Source: Stegostoma tigrinum (lineage: Eukaryota). From it: a stretch of 64,000 bases of DNA. The notes under the pieces are model-generated. The model had not been told where the DNA came from and searched no databases. It saw nothing but the letters and a program-made list of their open reading frames with translations. The stretch lies in the NCBI RefSeq assembly GCF_030684315.1, contig NC_081374.1, positions 32,896,630 through 32,960,629 on the forward strand, written 5' to 3'. Shown one piece after another: positions 51,248 to 62,752 of the stretch. A program made the translations under genes and the position numbers. Position 1 is the stretch's first letter. Each line of letters begins with the position of its first letter.

Positions 51248-52742
51248 TCTGTTTTAAAATGATTCTATTGCCTTTGATTTCCCCAGACTGACTCTCTGTC
51301 TCCTTATGTTCTGTTGCTAGACTATTAATGCGTATTGTGAGCTATGTGTACATTTTTAAAACATTTTTCGTCTTTTTTGACCAGACATTTTTATCTTTAT
51401 GCATAGATTTCCGATGCCTGTTCACTTCTTTCTCATTGAACTTTTAGCAGGAATGTTCTTATGAATTCTCTCAGGAACTGAATCTGTAACGGCCGAGTGT
51501 GACTAACGTCTAGCCTACACTTGTTTCATTGTTTCGCTTACCTAGTTCTGAAGGAAAAGGCCTTGCTATTAATTGCTATTTCTCCATTGTTGATCTTTGC
51601 ACAAACTTAGACTGCTGCATCTACCAACTAGCTGTAAGAATAGTGAAGACTTTTTAAGTTGTAAGTGTTCAGCTCTGCTGCTGGGTGTCCAAGGATTCTC
51701 CCCATAGCCTAGTACCACAAAGGTAACAATAATGCTGTTTACTATCATTGTATAGCTCAATAGATTCCAGCCCTCAACACAGGTCACAATTGATGTTTGT
51801 GTGTGTTGCAATACCCAACCATTACCAGCGTTCCATTAGGTTGTCTTGCTGCCACCATTCTCTTTACTGGGTCTAAGGATCTCCTCAACTCACAGTAATA
51901 GTCAAAACAAAAAGAATAAGTCTTCAAAGGCCCTTGCCTAAAACAAGATGTGCTTTATTATGTAATGACTATTTTGATCTGACGGTCACAGATAATCGTG
52001 AACAATCTAGGCAACGTAAAACCTTATTTTTGGTTCGCAAGTTTTTTTCCATCTTTCTGTTCTCATTTTTCTCAGTAAGCTGTTCATAAGAAATGTTTGA
52101 ATACAAATCAATCTGATTTCCTTTGACTTGATGGCTGTACTGAGATTTCTGAATCCTACTGCAGCTTTAAGTACCTAAAAAGTGTATTTCTTCTGCCGTG
52201 TATCAATTTAAAGGGAGCAACAGAATGCCATCTTCATAGCCTTATCAATTCAGAATCATATTTCTTTATTGCAAAGCCATATAACATGTTACTTATCCAA
52301 AAGCTATGCAGCAGTGGGGGTAAATATTGTTTCAAGTAATTTGCTGACACCATTCCTCCTTAGTTTTTGTTTTGCTTTGGGAATATTCAATGATTACTGT
52401 TAGAAGTTACACCACAGATATCTAAAGAGACACTGTTCTTGGATAAAGAGATTTCTTGCATGGTAGCAATAAATACAACTACAGTACTAGTGCTCATGAA
52501 GCCATTGAGTGTAGAAGTAATTACTGCTTATCATTAAATTATCTTAGTGCAACAGATGTTTGTAACATGTATTAAAGGCACTGATTTCAGATCCAGCAAA
52601 TTCCATGCGGGAAACCTAGTGAAGTGCACTTTCTCTTGTTGAAAACCTGCAGGTTCTGCATCTCCAACAGGTGCATTTCCACTTTGCACATTGAGTTTGC
52701 TTTAAATTTAAGAAAATTACACCCTATTTTATTTAAATGCTG

Positions 52743-53087
52743 TTTTTTTACAATTCATTTGCGGGCTGAGGGCATCACAGTTTAGGCAGCCTTTATTGCC
52801 CATCCCTAATTGTCCAGAGGGCAGTTAAGAATCAGCCACATTTCTGTGAATCTGAAGTCACATGTAGGCTAGACCAGATAAAGATGGCAGTTTCCTTCCC
52901 TAAAGGTCATTAGTGAACCAGATGGACTTTTCCACCAATCAACAATGGATTCACGGTCATCATTTAGATTCTTAATTTCAGATATTTATTGAATTCACAT
53001 TCCATATCTGCCATGGTAGGATTCGAACCTGGGTCCCCATAATGTTATCGTGGTCCAGCAATAATACCGCTCGGCCATTGCTTCCCC
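52743..53087 (-). mobile_element. Near full-length tRNA-SINE family C, inverted relative to 50894-51247
   Basis: TTTATTGCCCATCCCTAATTGTCCAGAGGGCAGTTAAGA...TTCCTTCCCTAAAGGTCATTAGTGAACCAGATGG...GGATTCGAACCTGGGTCCCCA. Confidence 0.9.
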
Positions 53088-53629
53088 AAAGTTTACTCCT
53101 ATCAGATTAACTTTGTTAATATTTAAAGTTTTTTTTAGAAAACAAGTTCCAATGTGTACATCTGTCAGCACCCAAATAGGTTAACGATTGCTTAAATCAG
53201 TATGCAGCAAATATCAATTTACACTAAGTATCTTTTTCGGGCTTCAATGAGGTGAATATAATTCTTCTGCAATTAGTGATAATGGGAAATGATTGGGTAT
53301 ACATTAAAATACCTTCTAAAAAGTCATCATTATGCATTGTAAATAATATTGTGGTACACAAATATGATTACTTGAATGGAGTATGCAGTAAAGGGGTATA
53401 ATACTGGTTTTGGTTCACTTTGTTTCTAGAACTTTCTGTGCAGAAAGGGATGTGAAATTAATATTTTTTTTCGAAAATCCCCAGCCTCACCTGAGCTAGT
53501 GTCGTTGAGTTGAGTTGAATGGCTTCTTTCTGCGCTATAACAATTCTGTGATTCTGTGATAGGGGAGCTAATGTGAATCAGCTGACCCGCTTGACTTGGC
53601 CAAATGGAATTATGCAAGCAAGTAAATGA

Positions 53630-53975
53630 AGATTTGCATTTATGTCGCTCGTTTTGTGACCATAGGATGTCTCAAAATACTTTACAGCCAACAAAGTACT
53701 TTTGAAGTATGAACCCTGCTGTAGTATTGGAAACATCGCAGCTGGTTTTTACACAACAGTCTGTTTGTGATGCTGATTTGGCAGGCAAATATTGTCAGAT
53801 CTGCTAGAGACAACTTGTGCTCTTCTTTGATATAGTGTCCTGGGACCTCAAACTGACCCACCTCAATGCACGAACACCAAGCTTGGTTTTTGCATCCAAG
53901 ACTTGGAACAGGCCTTGAACCAAGAACTTTCAGACTTAAAGGATTCAGTGCTACCAAGTACACTGTGCTGACACT
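53630..53975 (-). mobile_element. Degenerate Deu-domain SINE (SacSINE1-like)
   Basis: CTTTACAGCCAACAAAGTACTTTTGAAGT...GCTCTTCTTTGATATAGTGTCCTGGGA...GCTTGGTTTTTGCATCC, then a reverse tRNA head CTTGAACCAAGAACTTTCAGACT. Matches the recalled shark DeuSINE organisation. Confidence 0.6.
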
Positions 53976-56532
53976 TGTGCACCTGCCCCGAGTTTGTGGG
54001 ATTTTCTCAATGTGCAGATCAGACTCTGATGTCTCAGGGCTCAATCTGCTATTTTAATGTGAGAGTTGAGGAAGGTAGCAATAATACCTTCCCACCAGGC
54101 TTACTCTAGTTGATAAAGAGGCCAAAAGCCCCAAACGCTGAGGCTAAAAATTAAGTGAAACATTTTGTATTCCTCCTGTTTCTGTCTTGGACTTCCCTGA
54201 CTGCAACTCCACTCTTGAATCACTTTGTCCTATTCATGGTTTAGTCTTTTAGGACAGCCTTTTATCATCTGTTTGTGACCAGCAGGCAGCTGATTCCCAC
54301 TCCCTTTTTGTTCTTGAAGTCAGCAAGCAGGATGTTAATGAAAAGCAGCTGTTAAAGTGAAGCCAAGTTCTAGCAACAGATCTTAGACAGGCCACCCACT
54401 CAGTTCGCTGTGCTCCTATCTGAGTGTTAAGATTAAAACCATTGACATATTTTGTACAAAACATCATTTGACCCTTGTCTTTGCAAATATAAGCCCACTC
54501 ATTTATAAACTCATTTTTGACTCTCTTCAAACTAATCCTACTTTCTACATTAGATCCATAAGTTTTAAAAAATATTCTTCAAGTAATCTATTCGAAACAT
54601 TGCTGGTATTGAATGACATTTGGAAATTGTGGGCATTCTGCATGATCTTTTGCCCATCCATGTATTAACAGTTGACAAATCTAGCATTTTTTTATTTAAA
54701 AAATTGAAATCAAGGCTATTTTTACGTAACATCTGAAGCCAACTGGAATCGTATGTCTGAAAAATTAGTCACAGTGAAGTAGGACTTCCAAGTTTTTCAC
54801 CTGTTTTGTCTCTGCAGTTGACTGTGATCTACAGTGGTAAAACAGGTCAGGGTTATGTTAAAATTCAGCTTCCACAATTGATAGAGACAGAACTTCCAAA
54901 TGAGACTTTTGAAAGGGTATATGTCAAAGGCAGGTGTTCTTTCTTAAAATAGATTCAATTCTGTTTTAGTTTATTTACAAACAGGATAAACGGGCAGAAA
55001 ATCTGCGCTCAGTTTTGTTCTGCCTGTACTTCCTTTATGGCTCCAGCATAACTGCTGTTTCAAAATGGTTTTGTCAGTGAGAATTTCCTCCAGTTGACGC
55101 CTTCAGAAAATGAGGAATACCGTAGATAAATCCGTCCAAGAAATACTGTAATGCCAACTGCTGACATTTCTTCCTTTCTGCAGACAGCAATGAAATTATC
55201 TCACTTTAGGAATTGTTGTATTGTGAAGCCTCCTTATACCAAAGCAAGCTGCACCAGTTGGGCATCATTGGTGTCTCTATAACATTACGCCGCAGGAAGA
55301 ATATGGCATTGAGATCGAGGATCAGTCATGATCAGCCCTGGTACATTACAATTTGTGTGACTCTACAAAAGGAGGCACATTCGAAGACTGTCAAAAGGCT
55401 GTGTTAAGTTGTGCCTCTGCTGACTGTAGGTCCTGGCGCATGTACCTGGCAAAGAGCGTGGGAACCTGTCTTGTCTCAGTATGGGTCAGCAGAGATGCAG
55501 GTGCAGAATTGTGCCATCTGCCATCTGAATGGCTGCCATGTAGCATAAGCCCATCCCATCAAGCAATGGTTATGGTCAGCTTAGCCTAAAACTTGGCTGT
55601 AGATCCTTGTGGACATACGCAGCACTGACCCCCATGAAAGGGGCTGTGGAGTGCCCCAAGAAAATGTTTCTTGCAGCCAATGTTAGATCAATCCATTTTA
55701 GCAGTGTCCTATAAAGGGCCATGTGCTAAAATATTTTGCTTATTCCCTTGACCTTTTTTCCTGCTTCGCATATTGGTTTTTAATTCTGTGTTCAATTTGT
55801 CAAAAGTGACTTTCATTAATCAAGCACTATGTAGATATTCAAATATCTGAATTTTTGCTTACTTGGCTTGAACTGTTCCCATTCCCTTCAGGTTTGGCAC
55901 ACATGTAGTATTGTTCATCCGTCATCATGCCTTTCTGTACTTGAGATTTGAACCATTTCCCAATCACTTACAACTGACCTATTTCCATGGTTGAGTGTGA
56001 ATGTAGAATGTAATACATCAGTAAGCAAGTCATTGGTGTTCCATATTGAGAAAAGGCTTAAAAGTGCAATATTGAACTGTTACAGTTACTCATGCAAGAT
56101 TAATGCTGCTAAAGATTTAGCACCCTTCAACTTTTATGGTACCAAGCAATTACAAGGCCAATTATATAGCAGCCAGCCTGTATTCACTTTATAATGAGAC
56201 ATTTTAATACATGGCATTATTATTTATTGCAGAAGCATTATTTTTCAGTTCATAACTCTACACTGTGTATGTTTAATTTACGATAATTATCCCATGATGA
56301 CCAAATTGGGTATAGACAGGCTTCTCCAATATTTGCTGCATTGTAAGAAATGTATGTGTCCTGTGGACAGAATTGTTCATAGTTAAATGTTACTTGGCCA
56401 ACTCAGTGAAACAACTCATTTTGTGTATGTCATGCTCTGGAGGTTTTCTTGCATTTCAGATCAAATAAAATTTTGCACCAGAACTTAATGGTAGTGTAAT
56501 TGACTCTCTGTGGAGAGATCATTGGGATAGCT

Positions 56533-56624
56533 CTCTGATGAAGGGTCTAGGCCCGAAACGTCAGCTTTTGTGCTCCTGAGATGCTGCTTGGCCTGCTCTG
56601 TTCATCCAGCTCCTCACTTTGTTT
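56533..56624 (+). mobile_element. 92-bp Penelope family A terminal insertion (hammerhead module only) with perfect 14-bp TSD
   Basis: TSD TCATTGGGATAGCT at 56519-56532 and 56625-56638. The first 78 nt differ from 3677-3754 at one position. Confidence 0.95.
56535..56562 (+). ncRNA. Minimal hammerhead ribozyme-like core
   Basis: CTGATGAAGGGTCTAGGCCCGAAACGTC, identical to 3679-3706. Confidence 0.65.
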
Positions 56625-57104
56625 TCATTGGGATAGCTGATATCTTTGTCAAAGATGTGGCCACTAGTTAAGGATTGGGAAGAAGCTGAGAAATCAGCAA
56701 AAAATGTTGCGACGAGGTGGGGAGGGTTAAGTGGCTCCTCTCTGACTGCATCTCTTTTCACCACAACAATTTTCCTTCCCCCTTTTTTTTGTTTGTTTGT
56801 TTGTTTGCTAATCAGTGAATGTTTACCTGTTTGCAAGTCATGGCTACAAGAGGCACACATTGACCGAGAAGCAGTTAACTATATGCTCTTTCTGGGCCAG
56901 AGAGAGTGATATCTTTCGTAATTGTAATTATTGATGTCACTTAAGGTGTTGAGCGTGAAGCTTATCTTTCTATGGTGTGTTTAAAAGACAAATGTGCAAA
57001 TTCAGCAATTCTTAAAAATCATGTGGAAGTTACGAGGGAACTGCCAATTGCACAGAGTGACTGACATAGCGATGCACACAGATCTCTGTTACAGTGATTT
57101 GCAA

Positions 57105-57720
57105 GACCAGTATTCATTGTTTAAAGAATTTGATGGTGAGCTTTTATCTTGAACTACAGCAGTCATTGATGTCAATGAATTCACAGCACTTATATGTGAG
57201 GAATTCCAGCATTTTGAGTGACAGTGAAAGATGGAACACTAACATTGGATGACAAGGTATTCCGATTGGTTTGATGCCCTTGTCCATCTGGATTGCAGAG
57301 GTTGCAGGTTTGTGAAATATTGTTGAAGTCTCGGCAAGTTGCAGCAGAGCGTCTCGTTGCTATAATGCACTGAAGTCACAGTGCATTGATGGTGAAGGGC
57401 CTAAACATTTTTAAGGTGGTGGAAGTGGACTGATCAAGTTGACTGTTTTGGATAAAATATTAAATTATGCCTTGTGTATTGATGTTGAAGCCACACTCAT
57501 GTAAGCAAATAGAAAGTAATCATTATATACCTGACCTGTCACTTTTTTTAACAGGTAGTGAAAGTTCTTCCAGGTGGTAAATCTATCACCATGGAATGTT
57601 CATCCTCTGACTGTCTGTACTAGTTACAGTAATTATCTGGCTGGTCTAGTTAGGTTTGTGTACAATGGAGACCTGAGGATGATGGGGATTTCACGCTTGT
57701 AATTACATTGAACGTTAGGC
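57105..57720 (-). mobile_element. Very old LINE family D fragment
   Basis: GATGGTGAGCTTTTATCTTGAACTACAGCAGTC, GAGGAATTCCAGCATTTTGA and TATCTGGCTGGTCTAGTTAGGTTTGTGTACAATGG are reverse matches to 41.9-42.5 kb. Confidence 0.6.
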
Positions 57721-58207
57721 AAAGTATTAACTACTTCTATTTAACACTTGTGTGATGTGAATATTCTTTGGCACCCACCTCTTTGTTCCACAGGAGCATG
57801 GACAGTTTGAGTTTTCTAGGAATTGTGAATTTGATCACACCTGGAGTACTGAATACATCTCCAGTTGTCATTATTAGAAAATGATTTGGAGCTCTGATTA
57901 AGGACTGAGACACTGGCAAATAGCAAACTGGACAAATCCAGAGATGTGTGGCAGTGTTTATCAGGAGTGAATGACCATGTTGAGTCTCTTTTCTCTTGAA
58001 GACGAAAGGTAACAAGGTGAATTATGAAAAACTTTCACTTGAAAGAAATTCTGGGATTTGCACATTAATAAATTAAATCCTGCATCTGGTTTCTAACTGA
58101 TTAAAGATTTAACAGCCATCTTAGATTTGGTCAATCCATTCGCATCAGTTCCAAGACCCTTTAATCTTTTACTTATAAATTCGGTGTCTGATGCCCCTCT
58201 CATTAAC

Positions 58208-58323
58208 AAGAAGGAGGAGCACAGCTCCGAAAACCTGTGTTTTCAAATAAACCTGTTGTACCTTAAACTGGTGTTGTGTGATTTTTAACCTTGTCCACCC
58301 CAGTCCAACACTGGCACCTCCAC
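58208..58323 (+). mobile_element. Probable third Penelope-like terminal module with a damaged hammerhead
   Basis: GGAGC-ACA-GCTCC-GAAA (stem II plus GAAA), then CAAATAAACCTGTTG...CTGGTGTTGTGTGATTTTTAACCTTGTCCACCCCAGTCCAACAC. The 5' CTGA part is missing. Confidence 0.55.
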
Positions 58324-58439
58324 TTTAGAGTGGACAGTGTTTCCGCATGTGGCAGTGAGTAAAACTAGAAGATATCAATGTAAGATAGCCAGGGGAATGG
58401 TAACATATGGGACACACTATCACAAGAAGTGGCTTTCTT

Positions 58440-59515
58440 TGAATTCATTCTTTCATGGAATATGAGTGTTTGCAGTAGTTGTCCATTTCGCCTTGCCCTT
58501 GAACAAAGCGATTTTACGAAAGTGTTTCAGGATCAAACAGAGGTAGTAGAAACTGCCAGTGCTGGAGTGCGAGTTAACAAGGTGTAGAGCTGAATGAACA
58601 CAGCAGGCCACGCAGCACCAGAGGAGCAGGAAAGCTGACATTTCGGTCCTGCGCCCTCCTTCAGAAATGTGGGAGGGAGAAGGGAGTTGGAAAATAAATA
58701 GAGAGAAGGGGAGGCGATGATAGATGATGGATAGAAGAGTGAGTAGGTGGGAGGGAAGATGGACAGGTCAAGGAGCGGGGATGAGATGAGCTGGTCTCGG
58801 GGGTGGGGAGATTTTGAAGCTTGTAAAGCTTCCTTGACCTGTCAATCTTTTTTCTCCCACCTATCCACTCCTCCCACCTCACTGACCAACCCCCACTCCC
58901 ACTTCCTACCTACTAGCCTCATCTCTACCTCCTTAACTGTCCGTCTTCCCTCCCACTACCAGCCACTCCCTCCTCATTGACTAACCTCCACCCCAACTCC
59001 TTACCTACACTTGCCTGTTATGGCTTCATCTCCGCCTCCTTGACCTGTCCGTCTTCTCTCCACCTATCTGCTCCTCTATCCATTTTCTATCATCGGCTCC
59101 CCTGCCCTCTATTTATTTCAGAGCCCCCTCCCCCATTTCTGAAGAAGGGCCCAGACCCAGAACGTCAGCTTTCCTGCTCCTCTGACGCTGCCTGGCCTGC
59201 TGTGTTCATCCAGCTCAACACCTCATTATCTCAGAATCAAGCTCATTGCTGGAGTCACATGTAGGATGGCCAGACCAGATGGGGATATGTTTCATTCCCT
59301 AAAGGACGTCTGTAAAAATTCCAATTGATTTACTACAATTGGTAGTTTCATGGTCTTAATTACTGCAAATTGGTTCTTATTCACACAGAATTATTAACTG
59401 TATTTTGAGTTCTACCAGATGCCCAGCTGGGATCTGAAATAGCGCTACCTAAACAATAGCTTCAGTCTCTAAATTGCTCAGTGAGTGATGTTACCACTGT
59501 GTCACCATCTCCCCT
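58440..59515 (-). mobile_element. tRNA-SINE family C interrupted by a Penelope insertion
   Basis: Tail ATTCATTCTTTCATGGAATATGAGTG (58443) to GAGGTAGTAGA, resuming at GAATCAAGCTCATTGCTGGAGTCACATGTAGG...CCCTAAAGGACG...GTTACCACTGTGTCACCATCTCCC. Confidence 0.7.
58551..59233. mobile_element. Inverted pair of Penelope family A 3' regions (- 58551-58825, + 58830-59233)
   Basis: Both arms carry the pyrimidine tract and terminal module seen at 3450-3770. Degenerate cores lie at 58637-58664 (-) and 59139-59166 (+). Confidence 0.85.
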
Positions 59516-59538
59516 GATTGAGCAGAACGCATCGCATT

Positions 59539-59866
59539 TCATAGAATCTCTACAGTGTGGAAACAGGCTCTTCAGCCCAACAACTGATCCTCCACACTGA
59601 TCCTTGGAGCATCCCACCCAGAACTATCCTCCTAAAACCCAACTAAGCTACACATCCTTGAACACTCTGGGCAATTTAGTATGGCCAATCTACCTTGCCT
59701 ACACATCTTTGGACTGTGGGAGGAAACCAGAGCACCTGGAGGAAAGCCATACAGACATGGGGAGAATGTGCAGACTCCACACAGACAGTCGCCTGAGGGT
59801 GGAATTGAACTCAGGTCCCTAGCGCTGTGGGACAATAGCGCTAACTGCTGAGCTACCGTGCCACCC
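59539..59866 (-). mobile_element. HE1-type V-SINE
   Basis: TCATAGAATCTCTACAGTGTGGAAACAGG...GGGAGAATGTGCAGACTCCACACAGACAGTCGCC...CCGTGCCACCC. Confidence 0.92.
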
Positions 59867-60159
59867 AAATTATTAACTACCTTGATTTGATGTTCAATGT
59901 CAGGGATGTCTGAAGTCTGCACAAGAGAAGGGAATGCAAGACTGTTAAGTCAGGAAGGTTGAGAAGATGCTTAAGTGGAGCATGGGCTGGTTGGGCCACA
60001 TGGTTTCTTTGTGAGCTGTACATCCAGTGTAAACCTTTGTGTGGGGCCAAGGCGATTCGTTTCCAACTATCACAACTAATTTCATTTGTGTGACTTGAGT
60101 CTCCAGCCAGTGCAGAGGTTTTCCAGTGATTTTTGTTTCATTTATGTGATTAATTGTCA

Positions 60160-60550
60160 CTGGCTGGATTGCTCATTCCTCATTGCTCTTGAGAACATGG
60201 TGATGAGCTGCCCTTTTGAATTGTGGCAGTTTATTTGATGCTGTTAAGGGAGGGAGTTGCAAGATCTTGATCCAGCAGTATGTATTGTGACCTGTGTGTG
60301 TGTTTGCGTTCCCATGTATCTGTTGCCCTTGTCTTTTTAGATTGTCCGAGCCTCAAGGTTAGGTGCTGCTTAATAAGTCTGGATGGACTTCTGCAGTGCA
60401 TCTGCGCACTACTGCTATTAAATGTCGGGGGTAGAGAGACTGAATGTTTGTGGCTGTGGTGCCAATGAAATATGCTGCTTTGTCCTAGACGGTGTCAAGC
60501 TTTTTGCGTGTTGCTGAAGCTTCCTGGAATGTGGTGGGTATTCCATCACA
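60160..60550 (-). mobile_element. Old LINE family D 3' fragment
   Basis: ATTGCTCATTCCTCATTGCTCTTGAGAACATGGTGATGAGCTGCC...GCTGCTTTGTCCTAGACGGTGTCAAGCTT are reverse matches to 42090-42540. Confidence 0.65.
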
Positions 60551-62457
60551 TGCCTACCTTCTGTTCCACTCTGGCTCCTTGATGCTGCTTTTGGTTAAAT
60601 CTTACATTGCTGTCAGGGTTGTCCTCTCAATTTCACCTTGAATTCCACTGTTTTGTTCATGTTTGGTTGGACCAAGGTTGCAATGTGATCTAGAGCAAGT
60701 TGTCCTGTGAGAACTGAGATTTTATTTTTATTTCAGAACTTAATGGTGGACTTTACACACAAACTGCAATGTATTATGAGCTGCCTTTGTTTTCCTAAAA
60801 TTGTTTCTCGTTCTAGAATTGTGTAGTACTTTTCTTCACCTCATACCTTTTTACCATCAGGTTTGCTCCAGCACTGAAACATCATTCTTTGTACTTCTGA
60901 AATATCATCCATTCAGAGCCCAAAGGTGATGCTTGTGGCACATGAGCATTTTAAAAATCTGGATATCTTGCAGTTTTTGTAGAATGTTTGCTATACAATT
61001 TATTTGTCCTTCTATTCTTTATTGTGTCAAATTTTAGCTTCAAAGTCATCACAAGGTGGTGACGGTATTACTGACGGTAACACACAATCTTAAACACTCA
61101 GCCCACATCTAACATCTGCTATACCAAGCATAGCATTTTATCCCAAAGGATGACTATTCCATGTCACAAACTTGGACCAAGCTTCTTTGATAGCATTCTA
61201 TATATTAGCCATACAATCAACTTAATACAGTAGCAGAAGGTCAACCTGACTTTAACAAACTAACAACAATTTATTTTAGTTCACCACCAAAAGTGAGACA
61301 CTTGCAAGAAATTTAGGAATACATGCTAGCAAATTTAATGGAATTCATTCAAGTGCAATTAAGTACTCATTTAACAGAATTGTTGAAAGCTATTTTCCTC
61401 TGGGGATGTCTGACCTACTGCGATATTGAACGAGAAAGGATTTTGACAGATTTTCTCAACTGAAAGACAAATTAAAACTAGGCATCATTATCCAATATCC
61501 TGTACATGTTTAGGTACCTTTCATTGTACAGCTATCATGTAAATGCTACACGCCCCATATTACATTCTTTTTTTAAGAGGTCAGTCTGTCGTTAAGTTCA
61601 TTAGCTACTGCAATCAGTACTTGCGAATAATTTCAGACAGAAAGTGGTAGAATGAAGAACAGCATTTAGACATTAGTTAAGTTATTTTTAATTCACTTCA
61701 GTAATTTGATAATCATTCACTTTGCAGGTAGGATCTTTTAATCATGTAGGAAAATGAACAGTGTAACTTCACATTGGACATCATCACAATAAATTTTATT
61801 GAAACCGATTTAATGATTAATTGAATCCAATGTTTTAGGGAGGTGACAGGTGCTTGTAGTGTGCAGGGAGCTAGGTAATGAGAACTGCCTTGAGATCTGG
61901 CTGAATATAAGGGCCAGAACTGATGTAAATGTTTTGAGTCTGTGTTTTTCAGCCTGTAAGGTGGCTAGGTCTTTAGCACCAGATCACAGCTGAGGAGTGA
62001 TATTGCAAAAATGGGGAAGGGGTGGTGGTGGTTGGATGCTGATGTGGTTTGATTGGGGGTAGAGGTGGATAACTCAGCGCAGTGAGGAAGGACCATGGAA
62101 AGATTAGGGGAGTTATAGATAGAGTCAGGCTTTCATTGTGAAGAGTGAAGATAGAGGCCATGGCCATGTTGAATTAAAATCAACATTATTTATGCTAGAG
62201 GCTGATTAGGGATGAGGTTTCTCATTTTTCAACTGATCTTCTACTCACCCTGCTAGGTTACACGTCTCATCACCTCAACTTCATTCAGCCAAAGTTTTGA
62301 AAACAAGCCAGTGGAATTTTGCCCTCCCTTCAGTTGGTGAGAGAAGTAGTCAGGAGAGGAAATAATTGAATGAGTTGGTGCTGGGTAGAGATTTTTCACC
62401 ATGACACCAATTAAGTTCTAGGACAGACTGCATGCACTGTGACTCAATCACCGGAAT

Positions 62458-62752
62458 GGGTGGCACAGTGGCTAAGTGGTTAGCACTGCTACATCACAGC
62501 ACCAGGGACCTGGTGTTTCTTTCAAGCCTTGGGTGATTGTATGGAGTTTGCACATTTTCCCTTCATCTGTGTGGGTTTCCTCTGGGTGCTGTGGTTTCCT
62601 CCCACAGTCCAATGATATGTTGAGTAGGTGGATTAGCCTGGGGATAGGGTAAGAGGAGGTGGGTTTGGCTGGGATGCTGTTCGGAGGATCGGTGCAGACT
62701 TGATGGGCTGAATAGCCTGCTTTGCACTGTAAGGATTCTCTGGTTCTGTGAT
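62458..62752 (+). mobile_element. HE1-type V-SINE (internally deleted)
   Basis: GGGTGGCACAGTGGCTAAGTGGTTAGCACTGCT...GGAGTTTGCACATTTTCCC...CACTGTAAGGATTCT. Confidence 0.88.

Noticed and set aside
53445-53560. Minus-strand exon-like segment with a CAG|gtgagg donor
   Set aside because: The body is a CR1 tail remnant (ACAGAATCACAGAATTG...GCCATTC).
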